Assembly: GCA_037447605.1 (NCBI GenBank)
Contig: CM074810.1
Coordinates: 3,444,880-3,508,879, forward strand
DNA length: 64,000 nucleotides
Direction of reading: 5' to 3'
Source of the DNA: Zygnema circumcarinatum SAG 698-1b
Taxonomy: Eukaryota; Plantae; Zygnematophyceae
This document shows positions 59,801 through 64,000 of the stretch, piece after piece. A program made the translations under genes and the position numbers. Below the pieces are notes generated by a model. It searched no databases. It was not told the DNA's origin and saw only the letters and a program-made list of their open reading frames with translations. Position 1 is the stretch's first letter; each line of letters begins with the position of its first letter.

Positions 59801-61708
59801 TTTGTTGACCCCTCCACTCTCTCTCTCTCTCTCCTCTCTCTCTGCCTCCCTCACACACACAAGCATAAACACATACATGTGCACATGCAAACTTCCCGTC
59901 CCGGAGTCTGCTCTCACTGCTCGCATCCTACAAGGAAACTGAGAATCTTGGGTCAGTCAAGAATCTGATGGACTCTCTAATGGGGTTGTTATTGAGTGAC
60001 TTGTACAGAGACAAAACCAGGTTCACATTCAACCACAACAGGCGATGTATGGGCATGACAGAAACGGGAGCAGAGGGGGCCCACAGAGAGGGGGAGGGCA
60101 GCATGGCTATCGGTCTGAGAGGGAGAGAGGTGATGGGAGTTGGCAGAGTGCCCGGCGAGGCCATCCAGGACGTAGCCAGACTCAACGGTATGAAAGGAAC
60201 GTGCAAATGAATGGAGGTTCGGACCACTTTATGGCACGTTCTGGAAGTGATAAAGGTATGGAAAGGGGGGTGGAGAGAGTGCCAGAGAGGTGGCATGAGA
60301 GAAGCAACTTGGAGAGAATGTCTGAGAGGACAACTGATGTCAGAGTTATGGATCAAAGAGGGCCGGAAAGAGGTTCTGATGAGGAGCGGCATCACGGAGA
60401 GAAAGGAAGCGTTGAGAGACGGGGAGAAGGAGGGGGGGAGAGAGCCTCTGGCGACAATTGGAAGGGAGAACAGCGGTCAGGAAATGGGAGTGAGAGGTTC
60501 TTGGAGCAGGGAGTAGATAGAGTGGCGGGATGGAATCATGAAAAGTTTTATGATGCTAGGGGCATGGGAAGGGAGAGAGACAGGGGTAGTGATAAACATT
60601 CGGAAAAGCAGATTTTTGAGAGGGGTATGGATAGGCCAAGAGATCAGTCCTCTCGACAGGAGAATCTTAAGCGGGGTCATAATCTGGACGTAGTTGGAGG
60701 AACAGTGGAGTCATCTGCAGGCTTACCTATGATGCCGGCTTCAAGACGGACCTCATACGAAGTTTCTGGAGAGGTCCCCAACTCAAATATTCCTCCGGGG
60801 ATAGCGCCTGCTGAACAGCCATTTGATAGTAGTTTGAGGTCCAGATCAGGAGGTCTTAGTAATGTGGATGCAACTGAATTTGAAAGAGAAACGACAGGGG
60901 AAAGTTCAGGAAGGTCGGATAGGCATACTGAAGGGGGTTTCAGAGAGCCATATAGAGACCAACCACAGCAATCACAAAGGCAGGGCTTTAGGGAGCGAGA
61001 GGAAGGCTTTGCAGACATCCGAAAAAGCAAATCTTTGGGACGGCATGACGAGCGGCCTCATGTAGGCTTGAAAGGGGAAGAGCAGCAGGGGCAGACTGAG
61101 GCTTTGGGGCCTTTGGTGCTTACTTCGATGGAGCACTCACAACCGTCTCCCTCTGAGGACCACACAAGGTGAGATGAGAGGGTACACATCACAGTCCAAT
61201 ACAAGTGGACTTGGCGATACACATAAGAGGGGGTGGATGCAGCAGCCTGACACCCTGTAGAAAATTTAGGAGAGCCTCGTTATTGGGAGAAGGACAATAA
61301 TCGAGAATAGCCTGCTTGCATTCCATCCTCGATTGTTGTCCTTTACCCTCCCTCCCATTTGCATGGGAAGCTTTTTCCTTGGAAGGGTGTCAGAATCTAA
61401 ACAGTAGTAAGGCTTTTTATGCAGAAAGGAGAACTGGTGGAAGAGAAGGTGGTAGGGTTGGCAGGAGATGGCAGGGAGGTCAAAGGAGATGGGGTAGATG
61501 CAGGAGAGGTATTGAGGGAACATTGGGAGAGGGCAGTCAGTGAGAGGCTTGTCTCTCTCCCTCTCCCTCTGTAGACCTACTTTAGGCGTTTCGTTTGTTT
61601 GTGATATCATGCTAATAGTTGATGTGGAGGGGAGGTTGCAGGCTTAATCTACAGTACCAAATGAAGGAGGAGGACTTTCCACCTCTCTCTCAAGGAGAGC
61701 GGAGGTAG
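52744..61708 (+). CDS. Non-canonical poly(A) polymerase/nucleotidyltransferase with PAP/OAS1 substrate-binding domain (At3g61690/At3g51620-like), ~1916 aa
   Basis: Exons 52744-52983, 53195-53383, 53528-53620, 53946-54128, 54593-54695, 55174-55359, 55654-56690, 57173-59665, 60009-61168, 61642-61708 total 5751 nt in frame. Motifs: FGSVPLKTYLPDGDIDL, IQAEVKIIKCLVENIVVDVSFNQLGGLCTLCFLE, KAWCYYESRILGAHHGLISTY, DPLLDSNNLGRSVSKGNF, LSGDFD..NLEFGR, terminal YQMKEEDFPPL. Confidence 0.93.
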
Positions 61709-62099
61709 CCTTGGAGAGGGAGCCTCTCTGTGAGCACCTTTTTGTGGAACCCTTAATTTCCTTGTGGGAGTAGCTAGCAGTTTTTTGCTCACTTTTTTCC
61801 GGCAATAAGACTAGTCCATAGAAATCCGGTGCAAACTGGGAGAAGGAGATGGAACAGTTTTCAGTCTCTTGGTGTGCACTGGTTCTCCCTTTGGTAGTGG
61901 GAGAGAGGGAGAGCGGGAGAATGGAGAGAGAGAAAGAGTTGAGGGGCGTGAGAGCATATGCTGATAAATAATTTGCAGTCAAATCTTTTGTAATACTAAT
62001 GAATCAAACGAGGAACAGTTTAAATGGTAGCGGTAACTTTTTTGGGCGTAGAAAGATTTGGAAACGCGGGCCTTTTGAACTGACTGTTTTAAGCTCTCG

Positions 62100-63650
62100 C
62101 CTGGAAAGAGGGACTTCATTATTGGGCCCTGTGAAGGAGAGGTCTTCCCGCATAGACCTTAACATAGACGTGGTCTATGGCGAGCATGGGAAGGCGAGTA
62201 CATCCAGGCGTAAATGCCATGCATGCAACAGGAAACGGCGCATGTGAAGGAGTATCCCCCCTTTCCCCTCCTCCACGCCTCTCTCTCCCTCCCGCCCTCC
62301 ATCTCTCCCTCCCTTCCCACACCGCAAATACACTCGAAGGCATGGGCCATGCCTGAGGCCCCCCATAACTTAGTAGCTCACGAAGATGGTATTCTGTCAA
62401 GGGGGCACGCTATGGCGATCACTTCGCAACAAGATATCGATGAAAATGTTTCTCCGTCGCTTATATCATACAAAAGAAGGATGAAAAGAGTATGCGTATG
62501 ACGATGTCAGAAGCAAGTTTTGTGAGGATTGTGACTTTTGTGAAATAGAAAGTGGGGGAGAAGGAAGAGAAACAGAGAGAGGGGTGAAGCAGAGACGGAC
62601 GGGGAGTGGGGGGGGAGAAGGAGAGAGAGCGAGAGCTACAGGAACTCGACGCCCATTTCGACGAGTGCAATTCCTCAGAAGAATCACACCACCAATCCAC
62701 CTGTGACAGTGGAATCGCCGATAAACCACAGATCCAACTTGTGACAACTTGGTCTGGTTGTGATCCGTGCTTCTTGCACGACTCTAATTGCAATTTTGTT
62801 GGACAGTTCCGTTTCGTGGTTTCGTGGTTTCGTTTCGAGGCAGAATCTATCGCGCCCTCCCCCAAGAAATTGTACGGACTCGAATCTTTAGGCGGATCTG
62901 AAGTTTTCAGAATTTTGAATTTTGAATTTTTTTCAGATTCGCCTAAAGATTGCATTTCAAGAAATCGTATTTTTCTAAGAGTAGATTCGAATCGGATCTC
63001 TCACATATCTTTGCCTTGCCGTTTAGCACTTCAGATTTGTCAGTTGAAAGTTGGTTAGCCAGTCTGGTCAGCTATACGAGTCAATATTGGTCATTAGGAT
63101 GACCAATGCGATAGGACATGAAACGATGCGATATTGGACGATTCAATATTGTTCGATAGTGGTCAATACGGCAGTATCCTTTCACAACGCAATGGCGTGT
63201 GTTTCAACGCGATACGCTTAACCGTTTTTGTACATGTGACACGCGACACTTGACGCGTCACGATGACGCAGAAAGTGACAGGGCCGCATGGGCAGAGGGA
63301 GAGGGAGAGGGAGAGGGAGAGGGAGAGGGGCGAGATAAAATAGAGACTGGGAGAGAGAGAAGGCCTCCAACATTCATGTGAAGTTTCATGTCTACCTCCT
63401 CCTCCTGCCCAGCCCAGCGATCTTCACATGTCGTCCTCCCACCCACATCACATGCATGCATCCATCCATGCCTTCATCCGTGCATTCGTGCATGCACCAG
63501 CCATGCAGTTGGCAACGATGTTGAACAATGTTGTACATGAAGCTTTGGACTCCGACAACAAAATTGGAAATTGGACGATGTGGCGACCCCAAATGTCATG
63601 CGCAGCCGTCAGATTGGTGAACAAACAATCGGACGAACCAAAACACGCCA
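62100..63650 (-). other. Possible exons of an unidentified minus-strand gene
   Basis: Non-repetitive open frames (for example 63000-62640, ..ESCKKHG..WICGLSAIPLSQVDWWC.., and 63650-63497) separated by CT-rich intron-like tracts. No consistent spliced model or family was recognised. Confidence 0.2.
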
Positions 63651-64000
63651 CGTCATCAATGTGATCCTTCGGTTGAACTCACAAGTTTTGGCATTTGCTT
63701 GTACATTCGGACGCGGTAGATTCCTTCCTATCTTGATCAATGGTTGATCTTCGAACCTCTCCAGATCCACCTACGATCCTAAATCTACCATTGATCCCGG
63801 ATCATCTCACGAGCCTAGATCAATCAACGCCTTTGAGTTGACCTTCTCGGATGACGTCATAACTGTACAGTGTGTACGTCAACACACACGAACAACATCT
63901 GTGAATCACCTATGCCGACGTCATCACGAACCAGAAACTTGCGCCATCGCTGCCAGGTTCAAATTTGCAGTTTTTTCCCTTCCAAGTTTTTTCAGTCCGC

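Noticed and set aside
62700-62750. LWFIGDSTVTG on the minus strand, like an SGNH block I
   Set aside because: The frame is short and closed by stops, and no other SGNH blocks were found nearby.

Overview
Eukaryotic nuclear DNA from a draft assembly with several N gaps. It is most likely a streptophyte green alga, probably Zygnematophyceae. That is an inference from land-plant-like gene orthologues, TTTAGGG telomere-type repeats and extreme GA/CT-rich introns. Ten protein-coding loci could be spliced together by hand: SCAI (+), a small two-repeat ribbon-helix-helix-like protein (-), a SABATH methyltransferase cut by a gap (+), two head-to-head ERG28 paralogues, a secreted LRR+EGF-like protein with no TM or kinase, an At3g26950-like type II membrane protein (-) divergently paired with an NXPE/SGNH O-acyltransferase-like gene (+), a plastid-type alpha/beta hydrolase (-), and a ~1900-aa PAP/OAS1-type nucleotidyltransferase (+). 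Intergenic DNA holds nested Mutator-like foldback MITEs with 8-bp TSDs, a CRE-like non-LTR RT fragment, interstitial telomere arrays, and an organelle-like insert carrying a group II intron 3' end plus a P4/D5-family primase-helicase fragment. Most ORFs in the supplied track are microsatellite artefacts. All exon coordinates were read manually and need RNA-seq confirmation; family names come from recalled motifs, not database searches.
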